A stretch of 64,000 nt of DNA from Bacillota bacterium. Its GTDB lineage: Bacteria > Bacillota > DTU025. Position 1 is the first letter of the stretch, and each line of letters opens with the position of its first letter. The position numbers were made by a program, and so were the translations under genes. Under the pieces are notes generated by a model. That model ran no database searches, was not told where the DNA came from, and saw only the letters and a list, made by a program, of their open reading frames with translations. The DNA is taken from positions 96,001 to 160,000 of the forward strand of contig JBMNJT010000004.1 in NCBI GenBank assembly GCA_050951805.1, read 5' to 3'. Positions 1 through 9,884 of the stretch are shown piece after piece.

Positions 1-344
1 AGGAGATTGCAGAGATTACCCGATCACTGAAGACGCTCGCACGCGAGCTGGAGGTGCCAGTGGTTTCCCTCGCGCAGCTCAGCAGGGCTGTTGAAGCGAC
101 TGCCGACAAGCGCCCGCTATTGTCACACCTCAGAGAGAGCGGTGAAATCGAGCAATCGGCAGACGTGGTTGCGTTCATCTACCGTGAAGATTACTACAAG
201 CCCGACACGGAACGGAGGAATATCGCGGAGATAATCATCGCTAAGCAGCGCAACGGACCGACCGGTGTTGTTGAGCTGGTTTGGCAGAGGGAATACACGC
301 GGTTTCGGAATCTGGAGAGGTTTGCCCAGGGCGAGTCGGCATAA
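1..344 (+). CDS. dnaB: Replicative DNA helicase DnaB, C-terminal part (truncated by window edge)
   Basis: [30 protein letters not shown] and [12 protein letters not shown] motifs; frame is open from the window start. Confidence 0.95.
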   Translation, partial: EIAEITRSLKTLARELEVPVVSLAQLSRAVEATADKRPLLSHLRESGEIEQSADVVAFIYREDYYKPDTERRNIAEIIIAKQRNGPTGVVELVWQREYTRFRNLERFAQGESA

Positions 345-351
345 GCCGTGG

Positions 352-1569
352 TCAGATATGCCGACCCGATCTGCCGATTCGGGAGGTCATGAAGTCCCGA
401 ATCCGTCGCGTGCCCTCGAGGATTTCCCTCTCGCCTGCGGCATAGGATATCCGGATGTACTGGTCGTCCTTGGGGCCATTTGGCGAATGAAAGGCACTCA
501 TGGACAGGACTGCTACGCCTGCGTCGTCCAGGAGGGCATCCTGGAGCTGATCTGCGTCAGCAAGACCAGCCATACGGCACGCTTCTGTGACATTGGGAAA
601 GGCATAGAATGCCCCTAGGGGCATGTGACATCTGAAACCTGGTACACGGTTGAGCTCCGTCACGACGAGGTCCCGCCGCTTCAGGAATTTGAGGCGCATC
701 TTCTCCACTTCATGTTGGGGCCCTGTGAGGGCCTCTATTCCGGCGTATTGGGTGAATGTGGCTGTGCAGGAGTGCGCATTGGCCATGAAGGTGTCGAACA
801 GGGCTGCAAGCTCCGTGTTGACGACGGCGAAACCCAGACGCCAGCCGGTCATGGCATAGGCTTTTGAGAAACCATCAACGAGGATTGTCCGCTCTGCCAT
901 GTCTGGCAGGGACGAGATGCTGACGAAGTCGCCATCGTAGACAAGTCGGGAGTATATCTCATCTGACAGGACCCACAGGTCGTGTTCGATGGCGATTTCG
1001 GCAATGCGCGCAAGATCCTCCCGTGGGAGGAGTGTGCCGGTCGGGTTGTGCGGGAAGTTCAGGATTATCATGGAAGTATTCGGGGTTACCAGGCTCGCAA
1101 GGCGATCGAGGTCCAAGCGAAAGCCCTGGTCGGTATCGATGAATGGGACTGGAATAAAGTTTGCTCCGATCATGCTTACTATTGACGGGTAGGCCGGGTA
1201 TGAGGGGACAGGTCCCAAGACGTCGGCGCCACTTTCTACGCAGGACATGATCGCGCAGAATATCGCAAGTTTGGTCCCTGCGGCCACGACTATTTGCTCG
1301 GGAGATACGGATATTCCCCGGGTTCTGGAAATATAGTCGGCGATGGCACTCTGGAAGGCCGGCACTCCGGACGGGGGCGAGTAATGTGTCCTGTTAGCAT
1401 GGATTGAAGAGCAAGCTGCCGTTTTTATGTTTTCAGGCGTGGTGAAATCGGGTTCACCTATGTGAAAACCTATTATGTCGTGACCTGAGGCAACCATTTC
1501 AGAAATCTTTTTCAGTACCGAAAAGGCGCGCTCGGGTTCGAGCCGCTGAGCCCTTTTTGCGTAGTCCAT
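352..1569 (-). CDS. PLP-dependent class I/II (aspartate-type) aminotransferase
   Basis: GEPDF, NFPHNPTG, SDEIY and GFSKAYAMTGWRLG motifs. Confidence 0.92.
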   Translation of the reverse strand: MDYAKRAQRLEPERAFSVLKKISEMVASGHDIIGFHIGEPDFTTPENIKTAACSSIHANRTHYSPPSGVPAFQSAIADYISRTRGISVSPEQIVVAAGTKLAIFCAIMSCVESGADVLGPVPSYPAYPSIVSMIGANFIPVPFIDTDQGFRLDLDRLASLVTPNTSMIILNFPHNPTGTLLPREDLARIAEIAIEHDLWVLSDEIYSRLVYDGDFVSISSLPDMAERTILVDGFSKAYAMTGWRLGFAVVNTELAALFDTFMANAHSCTATFTQYAGIEALTGPQHEVEKMRLKFLKRRDLVVTELNRVPGFRCHMPLGAFYAFPNVTEACRMAGLADADQLQDALLDDAGVAVLSMSAFHSPNGPKDDQYIRISYAAGEREILEGTRRIRDFMTSRIGRSGRHI

Positions 1570-1644
1570 TCATTCATCATCTCCAACTACAGAGATTGTG
1601 GCGCGAAGCGCCCTGCACACAATGTGGACTGGAGGGTTATTCGC

Positions 1645-2427
1645 ATGGAGAAGAGTATTCTGGTCACTGCTGCAGTGGCTGCGCTTTTCTCTTTACTCAG
1701 TATTCCCGGGTATGCGCAGGATCTCCCGCGAGGCATCGATATTGCCCGGGTGACTGCTGAGAGGAAACCTCATGTTCTGTTGGTCCATGGCTGGCTGGCT
1801 ACGTCCCTGGACATGAGCGTGCTCAAATACAAGCTGGAACAGGCCGGGTTTGAATGCGAAACCATCAATTTCTCGTATCTTGGGGCGGTGAGCTCCATAG
1901 CCGACTACGCCGTGGAGCTGGCGAGAAAGGTGGAAGTCGATTGTGCGGGCAAGGCTGATGTGGCAATCGTGGCTCATAGCATGGGCGGATTGGTTACCAG
2001 ATACTACTTGGATAACCTGAGGCAGACGGCCCAGGTGAGTCTGGTCATCACCATCGGAACTCCGCACCATGGGACACTGAGTGGCAAGATCGCTCCCACC
2101 GCAAGTAGATGCGCTAGGGAGATGGCTCCGGGAAGTGAGCTTTTGCGGCTCCTCAATGCTCAAGAGGGGGATTGCCCGGGTGTTGAATTCCATGCGATCT
2201 GGACTCCTACGGATGGGGTGGTTATTCCGGCGGAGAATGCTATAATGTGCGGCGCGAAGAACTATCAGGTCACGGGCTTTGGAATGGCTCATATGACGAT
2301 GCTTGCGAGCGATACGGTCTTTGAGATTGTCCATGCCATACTGCGGGGGCAGGATGTGGACGTATCCGGTCCTCAGCTGAGAGATCATACAGAGGCTGAA
2401 AAGCCTGTGGTTTTTCCATGGCAGTAG
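1645..2427 (+). CDS. Secreted lipase/esterase (alpha/beta hydrolase)
   Basis: Signal peptide, VLLVHG, AHSMGG nucleophile elbow, GTPHHG; GGAGG RBS at 1631 supports ATG 1645. Confidence 0.85.
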   Translation: MEKSILVTAAVAALFSLLSIPGYAQDLPRGIDIARVTAERKPHVLLVHGWLATSLDMSVLKYKLEQAGFECETINFSYLGAVSSIADYAVELARKVEVDCAGKADVAIVAHSMGGLVTRYYLDNLRQTAQVSLVITIGTPHHGTLSGKIAPTASRCAREMAPGSELLRLLNAQEGDCPGVEFHAIWTPTDGVVIPAENAIMCGAKNYQVTGFGMAHMTMLASDTVFEIVHAILRGQDVDVSGPQLRDHTEAEKPVVFPWQ

Positions 2428-2481
2428 CATGAAATTGTGCCAGACCCTGTGGCGGCGTCCAGGCTATTCTCGGTGAGTGCC

Positions 2482-2511
2482 TTGAAAGATCCTCTGTGTA
2501 CGTGATATAAT
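2482..2511 (+). promoter_or_regulatory. sigmaA/sigma70 promoter for tRNA-Lys
   Basis: TTGAAA-18 bp-TATAAT with TGn extended -10, 22 bp upstream of the tRNA. Confidence 0.75.
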
Positions 2512-2533
2512 GGCGAAGCTAAAGATGTTGAGT

Positions 2534-2609
2534 GGGCCACTAGCTCAGGCGGTAGAGCACCGGACTTTTAATCCGGGTGTCGCGGGTTCGAGTCCCGCGT
2601 GGCTCACCA
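2534..2609 (+). tRNA. tRNA-Lys(TTT)
   Basis: 76-nt cloverleaf: GGGCCAC acceptor, anticodon arm CCGGA-CTTTTAA-TCCGG, GGTTCGAGTCC T-arm, encoded CCA. Confidence 0.97.
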
Positions 2610-2640
2610 TTTTTATACCCTTTTAGCTGAGAAGATGATA

Positions 2641-2671
2641 AGTGCCACTGGGTTTGGTTCCCAGTGGCACT
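2641..2671 (+). terminator. Hairpin after tRNA-Lys (terminator-like; intron target)
   Basis: Perfect 12-bp stem AGTGCCACTGGG/CCCAGTGGCACT; no U-tract follows, and the intron starts 5 nt later. Confidence 0.7.
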
Positions 2672-2676
2672 CCGTT

Positions 2677-3460
2677 GTTCGCCCGGCATGGTTGTTGAGC
2701 CGATGGACTGAAAGAAGTCCTGTCACCCAACCAGCGGGAAGACAACCTCAAGGCAAGGGCGTCGCCGAAAGCGGCGGGGTCTGAAGGAAGCTTTAAGGGG
2801 GAACACGGAACGTAGCGAAAGCGAACCGAAGTTGGCCTGTCAGGTGGGTAACCTTGCGAAGTATGGGAAAGCCCGAAAGCTGGATAACCTGGGGGGTTGG
2901 GACGGACGGGTTCATGTTCAGGCAGACAAACTTAACCGGGGAAGCCCTGCATCATCCAGATAGCTGGTAAGCCCAAACAAGCGGAGACGCAAGGATGGGA
3001 ATATGTGGTGTGGGGTGGCAGATGAGTCCGTAGTAGTTATGAACCCTCAGCCCATGAAAGCTGGCAATAGACCGGAGGATAAAACTGAGGGGACAGCGGC
3101 CAGGAGTCGCTGGGCTGCATTGGCCAAAAGCCTATGCAGTTGCGAAGGGACGAAGGCAAACCAAAGCGTGCAACCTAGTTACAGGCAAGCATGGGAGAGA
3201 GATAACAGAGGCTGAAATGCCGATGGGAACGGGGGAGCCGGGGGCGACGAGTCTGCTGGTCCCTGCGCCCGCTCAGCAGAGTATCAAAGCCTGACAGGGT
3301 AGATTGCCTTTGAGCTAGAGGCGCCTCGCAAGACCCTGGGAAGAGACCGAAGCCATGCAGGTGAGAAGCGAAGAAAGCGCTGTAGGATGAAGGGCCTCAT
3401 CAAATACGAGGTCGGCGTCTTGCGTTTCTTCAATGAAACGAAGCAACGAAGGTTTGCCAG
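2677..3460 (+). mobile_element. Degenerate group II (IIC-like) intron copy: RT ORF mostly deleted, domains V-VI missing
   Basis: About 600 bp near-identical to 5073-5670 starting GTTCGCCCGGCATG; 3393-3460 resembles the ORF 3' end (6760-6815) and stops just before domain V. Confidence 0.88.
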
Positions 3461-3488
3461 TGGACACACTTGTTGAGCTGGCGATTCA

Positions 3489-3875
3489 TTACTCTAGCGA
3501 AGCTATGTGATTCTTGATAGCGATGCAGAAAGCCTTGGCGTTCTCCAACACTGAGTGGACGTCTGCATCCTCGATAGTGCGGACCGCACCGTAGTCGGCG
3601 AGATTGCGAAGATCAAAGGCCTCAAGGAAGTGCCGGTGAAGGGAGGCATCTAGGATCCCGGTCTTAACAAAGTGCTGCCCGAAAGCTGCAATTACGGCGG
3701 AGTGCTTGGAAAACGAAAGATCTCGGCTGAGCAGAAGTGCTTCTGCCGAGTAGAACATGGCATAGTATGCCCGGCCAACGGCGAATTCGGGAAACCCATG
3801 CGTGAATAGGTGCTCCGCTGCGGCAAGGCTGCGATCCGCCTTCACGAGCAGATCTGTTACATCCGGTGAGCTCAC
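3489..3875 (-). CDS. HEPN domain protein (UPF0332/COG1895-like)
   Basis: RAYYAMFYSAEALL..SKHSAVIAAFG..LRNLADY; overlaps the MNT gene (GTGA). Confidence 0.88.
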   Translation of the reverse strand: MSSPDVTDLLVKADRSLAAAEHLFTHGFPEFAVGRAYYAMFYSAEALLLSRDLSFSKHSAVIAAFGQHFVKTGILDASLHRHFLEAFDLRNLADYGAVRTIEDADVHSVLENAKAFCIAIKNHIASLE

Positions 3876-4228
3876 AGCCTCACTCCCTCTTTGCGGACAT
3901 TGAGCAGAAAAGGCGTCTTGCCCGAACGGTACTCGTCGATTCCCATGGGGATCAAGGAGATTACCGTGTCGTATCGGAGGGACAGGTCAGCGATGGCCTC
4001 AGAATAGTGTCGTCTCTCACTAAGACCGCTACAGTCCTGAAGTAGAAGCACTAGATCGATGTCTGAACCCTGGACCGATGTGCCTTGGGCATGAGAACCG
4101 AAAAGCACAAGACCCAGGAAACGGTCGCCGTAGATCCCACGCAGCGTGGCTTCAATTTCGCGCACGATACCTTGGAGGCGAGGTGAGAGAGTGAATGACG
4201 GCCGAATAGCCTCAGTATCAGTGTTCAT
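3872..4228 (-). CDS. Minimal nucleotidyltransferase (MNT), partner of HEPN
   Basis: LFGSHAQG..GSDIDL motif; ATG 4228 preceded by GGAG. Confidence 0.88.
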   Translation of the reverse strand: MNTDTEAIRPSFTLSPRLQGIVREIEATLRGIYGDRFLGLVLFGSHAQGTSVQGSDIDLVLLLQDCSGLSERRHYSEAIADLSLRYDTVISLIPMGIDEYRSGKTPFLLNVRKEGVRL

Positions 4229-4810
4229 CTGGACCGCTCCTACATGTGTTGTCGGCACCATTATACCAGACTCATAGACACAAATGGTTCCACCTATCTG
4301 TCGCACCTGGGTACAGCATCGGGTCACGTCTTGTCATGTGGAGTACTGTGGGAGGTTGGAAGCTGGAGGGATTTCTGAATATGGGCCCAAATCCAATGGT
4401 TTCGTCGTATGTTCCCACTCCTGGGGCGAGCGGCGCGGCTGAGCTGGGGTTTGCTGAATTGTTCAGGATGGTCGTCCCACCGGCCCTGATAGGCTTGGCT
4501 GTCGCCCGCTGGCGGCTGCGTACCTACTATTTCACTCTGCTTGTGGGGGGCACTTTGACCTTGGGTCGGCAGGGGATGAGGGATGAATTCTGGGCGGGGG
4601 TGCAGCAGATGATACTCGTGGAGGTATTATGATTGGGGGACGATTTCGTAGATCCGTAGAGGAAATGGATATGTAATGTAGTATGTATTATATTTAAGGC
4701 AGTGGAGCCACATTTATGTCAAATGCTTACGCAATGCTGCTTTGGTTTTGCTGTTGTGTAGGCACCATATTGCTTGCAATTTGGAAGGAGTGCTGTATAC
4801 GCAAAGTCCT

Positions 4811-4980
4811 ACCGCGGACCTCAAAGGATGCCGATTTCTCCGGGAGGTTCGCGCAAGCCATCTAGCTTGGGTAACAGTGTTTGTTACTCGGACACAAGCC
4901 TAAGAGGACTAGCTTTTCAGAGAGGTTCGCGGAACCAGGCTCAAAAGCCCAGGTAAATCGGCGGATTTTTTGGATACTGT
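4811..4980 (+). promoter_or_regulatory. Type I-C-like CRISPR leader
   Basis: CGCGGACCTC (4813) / GAGGTTCGCG (4844) inverted pair plus a second GAGGTTCGCG (4922), resembling I-C leader motifs, directly before repeat 1. Confidence 0.65.
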
Positions 4981-5072
4981 GTCGCACCCCATGCGGGTGC
5001 GTGGATTGAAACCCAAACCTGTGGAATACAAGCGTGGAAGGCCCAAGTCGCACCCCATGCGGGTGCGTGGAT
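4981..5072 (+). CRISPR. Orphan type I-C mini-array: one full repeat, one 34-bp spacer, second repeat interrupted by an intron
   Basis: Repeat GTCGCACCCCATGCGGGTGCGTGGATTGAAAC 4981-5012; spacer 5013-5046; identical first 26 nt of the repeat at 5047-5072; no cas genes in the window. Confidence 0.88.
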
Positions 5073-6895
5073 GTTCGCCCGGCATGTTTGTTGAGCCGAT
5101 GGACTGAAAGAAGTCCTGTCACCCAACCAGCGGGAAGACAACCTCAAGGCAAGGGCGTCGCTGAAAGCGGCGGGGTCTGAAGGAAGCTTTAAGGGGGAAC
5201 ACGGAACGTAGCGAAAGCGAACCGAAGTTGGCCTGTCAGGTGGGTAACCTTGCGAAGTATGGGAAAGCCCGAAAGCTGGATAACCTGGGGGGTTTGACGG
5301 ACGGGTTCGTGTACAGGCAGACAAACTTAACCGGGGAAGCCCTGCATCATCCAGATAGCTGGTAAGCCCAAACAAGCGGAGACGCAAGGATGGGAATATG
5401 TGGTGTGGGGTGGCAGATGAGTCCGTAGTAGTTATGAACCCTCAGCCTATGAAAGCTGGCAACAGGCCGGAGGATAAAACTGAGGGGACAGCGGGAGTCG
5501 CTGGGCTGCATAGGCCAAAAGCCTATGCAGTTGCGAAGAAACCAAAGCGTGCAACCTAGTTACAGGCAAGCATGGGAGAGAGATAACAGAGGCTGAAATG
5601 CCGATGGGAACGGGGGAGCCGGGGGCGACGAGTCTGCTGGTCCTTGTGCCCGCTCAGCAGAGTATCAAAGTTTCGCGGGGTAGATTGCCTTAGAGCTGCA
5701 TACAGGGCCGTCAGGGCCAACAACGGGGCTTCCGGGATAGACGGTGAGACCGTGGACGCCTTCGGCGAGAACCTGGAAGCCAGGCTGGCAGAGATACCGA
5801 AGCCAGACGGAAGCAAAAGGCCGCTTGGCATACCCACCGTTGGCGACAGAGTAGTGCAGCAAGCGCTGCTCAATGTGGTTCAGCCAATCTTCGACCCCGA
5901 ATTTCATCCATCGAGCTATGGGTACCGACCCGGGCGATCCTGTCATCAAGCAGTGGCAAAGGCAGAGAGGTTCATTAATCGCTACGGTCTCAAGCACGTA
6001 GTGGACATGGACTTGTCAAAATGCTTTGACCGACTCGATCATGACCTGATCATTGAGTTTGTGAACCGCAAGGTCAGCGACGGAAGCGTACTTAAGCTGA
6101 TCCGGAAGTTCCTTGAAGCAGGAGTCATGAAAGACGGGGCCTGGGAGGAAACAACCATAGGCAATCCGCAAGGCGGAGTAATATCGCCTCTTTTTGCCAA
6201 CATCTATCTTGACTACTTTGATCAAAAGATGAAGTCAAAGGACATCAGGATAGTGAGGTACGCTGACGATATACTCATCTTTGCGCGGACAAAGCGACAG
6301 GCGGAAAAGTTCTTGGAGATAGCGTGCGAGATCCTTGAGGGCGAGTTAAAGCTCGTTGTGAACAGGGATAAAACGCACATAACCAGCGTCTATAAGGGAG
6401 TGCCCTACCTTGGGTTTGTCATATACCCCAAGAAGCTGGCGAAGTTCAAGGACGCCGTCCGCAAGCTGACTCCCCGCAATCATGGGATGAGTGTTGAGCA
6501 GATGGTGAAGCGACTCAACCGATTCCTTATTGCGAACTGCAAGACGATAGTAGCCAGCCTGATGGGGTGGATAAGGCGGCGTCTGAGGATGAAGCAGATG
6601 GGGGAGTGGAAGAGCTGGAGGGGCCTGCATAAAGCACTTCGAAGGCGAGGCTACTCAGGCGAATTCCTCAAGATATCCATGAGACGATGGAGGAACTCGG
6701 CAAGTCCTCTGGTCAACATGGCGCTTCCTCAGGCTTGGTTCAGTGAGATAGGACTGATTGGCCTCACGAAGTATGAGGTCGTTTCCTATGAAGCGAAGTG
6801 ACTAAGGTTTGCCAGGAGCCGTGCACGGGGCCCGTACGCACGGTTCTGTGAGAGGGATGACGCCAGGCTGATCACCTGGCGCCACCCTACTCGAT
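5073..6895 (+). mobile_element. Group II intron (IIC-like), both ends present
   Basis: 5' GTTCGCCCGGCATG; short domain V GAGCCGTGCACGGGGCCCGTACGCACGGTTC; domain VI ending CCCTACTCGAT; internal RT ORF. Confidence 0.92.
5644..6801 (+). CDS. ltrA: Group II intron reverse transcriptase/maturase, no endonuclease domain; apparent in-frame deletions, true start uncertain
   Basis: IPKPDGSKRPLGIPTVGDRVVQQA, SYGYRPGRS, DLSKCFD, PQGGVISPL, RYADD; the usual segment before IPKPDG appears to be missing. Confidence 0.88.
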   Translation: MCPLSRVSKFRGVDCLRAAYRAVRANNGASGIDGETVDAFGENLEARLAEIPKPDGSKRPLGIPTVGDRVVQQALLNVVQPIFDPEFHPSSYGYRPGRSCHQAVAKAERFINRYGLKHVVDMDLSKCFDRLDHDLIIEFVNRKVSDGSVLKLIRKFLEAGVMKDGAWEETTIGNPQGGVISPLFANIYLDYFDQKMKSKDIRIVRYADDILIFARTKRQAEKFLEIACEILEGELKLVVNRDKTHITSVYKGVPYLGFVIYPKKLAKFKDAVRKLTPRNHGMSVEQMVKRLNRFLIANCKTIVASLMGWIRRRLRMKQMGEWKSWRGLHKALRRRGYSGEFLKISMRRWRNSASPLVNMALPQAWFSEIGLIGLTKYEVVSYEAK

Positions 6896-7081
6896 TAAGT
6901 TACCTTCAGGTTAGTTATGACCTTGCTGCTCCTTTGGTGAAGGCGGTCCGAAAAGGAGTGGCAAAACTTCAGACATTTGGCTTCATCGGGGCTATGCGCT
7001 GACTCAACTTTCGTGTTCTGACAACAGAGGCCCATAGCGAGCCTGTCTTGAGAAGCGCGAGATCCACTCTGTCCTTGCGAA

Positions 7082-7822
7082 TCAGGCCTTTTCTTGTTCG
7101 GCTGAGGCCATCAAGTCGCACGAGTTACGGTCTCGATCGAGGAAATATTGGTGCGCTGCCACACCGAAGAACTCTTCGAGTCGGCCGGCGAGTTCGGCCA
7201 TAGCCCGTTCAACAGCATCACGATTGCGGTCTGTGAACCCATCTATGGGAAAGAAGATGTTCCTTGACTCCTCTGTCACTTTTCCGCGGTCGTTCTGCCG
7301 CCATATCCATCGCCTTGTCCTTATTTCCCGTCCATCGGCATACACCAACTCTCCTGCCGGGACTTCTTCGGGCTCAGCTTCCCCGAGCGGGGTGAAGAGT
7401 TCGCCTTGGCGCGAGAATCGCACCGCTAGATCGCCGGAGATGGAGTCGAGGTCGTGCGCCCCCATTGGTAACGCGAGTTCGAGCGATACGGCGTTTACAA
7501 GGTTCACAACGGAGTTTATGTCGGGAAGATCGCTCCCTTTGACTACCCGGGATGTGAGGGCCTCAACCGAGCAGGGGAACTTGTTCGGGTTATATCCCAA
7601 CGCCCGAAATGCCTCTCGGTAGGGTACGATGTCAGGATGCTCCTTCACATTTGTCCCCGCAAACTTGGCCCTAGTTCGGCGCATAGCTTTACTGAGAAGA
7701 GCACTGATTTTCTGAGCATTGTCTGATTGGAGTTGGGTATTGTCGATGCCGTGCGCCACAACAACGCCAATGCACATAGTGGGCAATACCTCGAATACTT
7801 CAGGATCGATCAGAAATCTCAT
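7082..7822 (-). CDS. B3/B4 domain protein (PheRS-beta-like tRNA editing)
   Basis: YREAF..NPNKFPCSVEAL, INSVVNLVNAVS, GAHDLD, RRWIWRQ. Confidence 0.88.
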   Translation of the reverse strand: MRFLIDPEVFEVLPTMCIGVVVAHGIDNTQLQSDNAQKISALLSKAMRRTRAKFAGTNVKEHPDIVPYREAFRALGYNPNKFPCSVEALTSRVVKGSDLPDINSVVNLVNAVSLELALPMGAHDLDSISGDLAVRFSRQGELFTPLGEAEPEEVPAGELVYADGREIRTRRWIWRQNDRGKVTEESRNIFFPIDGFTDRNRDAVERAMAELAGRLEEFFGVAAHQYFLDRDRNSCDLMASAEQEKA

Positions 7823-8426
7823 GTGCCGATTCCTCCTGTGTCTGCCAGATAGGCGGTCGTAAGCATTTCAGCGGCTATGCGTTGCAATTGCCCATGCGGG
7901 GCGTTCTACTTAATGATACAGCAAATACGAGTCAAACCGCCACATACGTTTGAAGGCTCCTTCGGATTGCCCAGGCCCAATGGAATCTGGGCCTTTTCTT
8001 TGCTCAGGATCGGAGGTTAGATCTATCTGCCCAGGCCGTCATCGCGCTCAATCGAGACCAATGTCAAGAGCCAAAGGTGCATGCGTATCCTTCCCATCTT
8101 GGGTCGTGCAGAGCTGCTGAGATGGCGTCGGCAGATGATGTTGCACGCACCAGAGGGTTCTCTATATCTCCTTCCTCAGCGCCAACAAGGACTACGGCGA
8201 ACAACTGAGTCTTCTTATCTGCCTTCGTCATGTTACTACCCCCCCCGTTCAAGTGGCATGCTCTGACATACAAACACGAAGGACGAAGGATTGCACCTTC
8301 CCGAAGAATTCGAACCGCAGCTACACTTATCAACGGCGCGAGATTAGGACGACGAACGGTCGAAAACGCAAATGCTGCAGGAGAGCCATATGATGGGATG
8401 ACTGATTTCCCATGGGAGTGATTTGT

Positions 8427-9884
8427 ATGGTGATCCATGTTGTGGCACCCGGAGAGACTCTCTGGGTGATTTCGCGCAGATATGGTGTGTCTATAGCTGC
8501 AATCGTCTCGGCAAATGCCATCGCCGATCCGAATGTACTAGTGGTGGGCGAGGCGCTTGCTATACCGCTGCCGCGCCCTGAGCCTGCGCCTCTTACGTAT
8601 GTAGTGAGGCGTGGCGATACATTGGCTGCGATTGCCGGGCTCTTCTCAACTACTGTCCAGTCCATAGCTTTGGCCAATCAAATAACGGATGTCAACCTGG
8701 TCTATGTTGGACAGGAGCTTGTGGTGCCTGGATGGACATATCAAACATACACTGTGAGGTCCGGCGACACTCTATCACGCGTGGCTGCGGCCTTTTCCAC
8801 CAGCGTTCAGTTGATTGTGGCAGTCAACCACATAGCTGACCCTAATGTCATCAATGTCGGCCAGGTTCTGATCATACCCGCCAGAGGGTTGCCTGCTCCG
8901 CCCAAGCCCCTCGTGGAGACCAACGGCTACATCTTCCTCCTTTCCGAAAGCACTTTGCGCCGCATCCTGACGCCCATCGCCCATGACCTCACGTACATTA
9001 GCGTTTTCAGCTTCTCCGTAGATGGGCGGGGTGGTCTTGATTATGCGCCCGGTAGGGCTAGGGCAGCGGTGGACGTGGCCCGTTCGATGGGCATTGTGCC
9101 CCTGATAGTCATCTCTAACTTCGACGGGACCAACTTCAACCCCGACCTTGCCAGAGACGCCATGTTGGAGCCTACAGGCGTGGCAACTATAGGGGCCATC
9201 GTGGATGTCGCTGTATCCGAAGGTTTTGGAGGCGTCAATATCGACCTTGAGAACATGTATCCTGAAGACAGGGAACTATACACAGCATTCATGGCTGCTC
9301 TCTCAGACGCTGCCCACTCCCGCAAACTCACGCTTTCCAATGCTATGGCGCCGAAATGGGCTGATTGGCCTACGCTGCCCTGGGTGGGCACATTTGACTA
9401 CGCGGCGCTGGCGCCTTCACTCGATTTCACCATGCTCATGACTTATGAGTGGGGTTGGTCGGGGGGACCCCCTATGGCCATTGCTCCTGTTAATCTGGTG
9501 CGGCGCGTGTTGGACTACGCGATTGGCAAGATCCCCGCAAACAAAATACTGATGGGGATACCTTTATACGGCTATGATTGGACGCTGCCGGCGGCCGCCG
9601 GAAGGCTGGCAGATACGGTTACGCCAGCCGAGGCCACCGCAATCGCCGCGCGCCATGGCATAAACATCAACTTCGATGACATCGGCAAGGCTCCATGGTT
9701 CCGCTACATTGATCAATCAGGCGCGGAGCATGAAGTATGGTTCGAAGACGTTCGTTCGTCTGTTGCCGCGCATTCACTTGTAGGAGAATACGGTCTGCGG
9801 GGCACAAGCTATTGGAACCTGTTGTTTGACTTTCCTCAGAACTGGTTGGCACTCGAGGACCGCTACATTGTGAGGAAGTTGTGA
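8427..9884 (+). CDS. 3x LysM + GH18 spore cortex-lytic/germination protein (YaaH/YdhD-like)
   Basis: Three LysM repeats; GVNIDLE, LMTYEWGWSGGPPMAIAP, HEVWFED. Confidence 0.9.
   Translation: MVIHVVAPGETLWVISRRYGVSIAAIVSANAIADPNVLVVGEALAIPLPRPEPAPLTYVVRRGDTLAAIAGLFSTTVQSIALANQITDVNLVYVGQELVVPGWTYQTYTVRSGDTLSRVAAAFSTSVQLIVAVNHIADPNVINVGQVLIIPARGLPAPPKPLVETNGYIFLLSESTLRRILTPIAHDLTYISVFSFSVDGRGGLDYAPGRARAAVDVARSMGIVPLIVISNFDGTNFNPDLARDAMLEPTGVATIGAIVDVAVSEGFGGVNIDLENMYPEDRELYTAFMAALSDAAHSRKLTLSNAMAPKWADWPTLPWVGTFDYAALAPSLDFTMLMTYEWGWSGGPPMAIAPVNLVRRVLDYAIGKIPANKILMGIPLYGYDWTLPAAAGRLADTVTPAEATAIAARHGININFDDIGKAPWFRYIDQSGAEHEVWFEDVRSSVAAHSLVGEYGLRGTSYWNLLFDFPQNWLALEDRYIVRKL

Noticed and set aside
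4981-6801. RT next to a CRISPR array as an RT-Cas1 RNA-spacer acquisition system
   Set aside because: The RT lies within group II intron RNA boundaries, has no Cas1/Cas6 fusion, and there are no cas genes nearby.
2534-7080. Integrative element at tRNA-Lys
   Set aside because: No integrase and no duplicated tRNA 3' end were noticed in the window.
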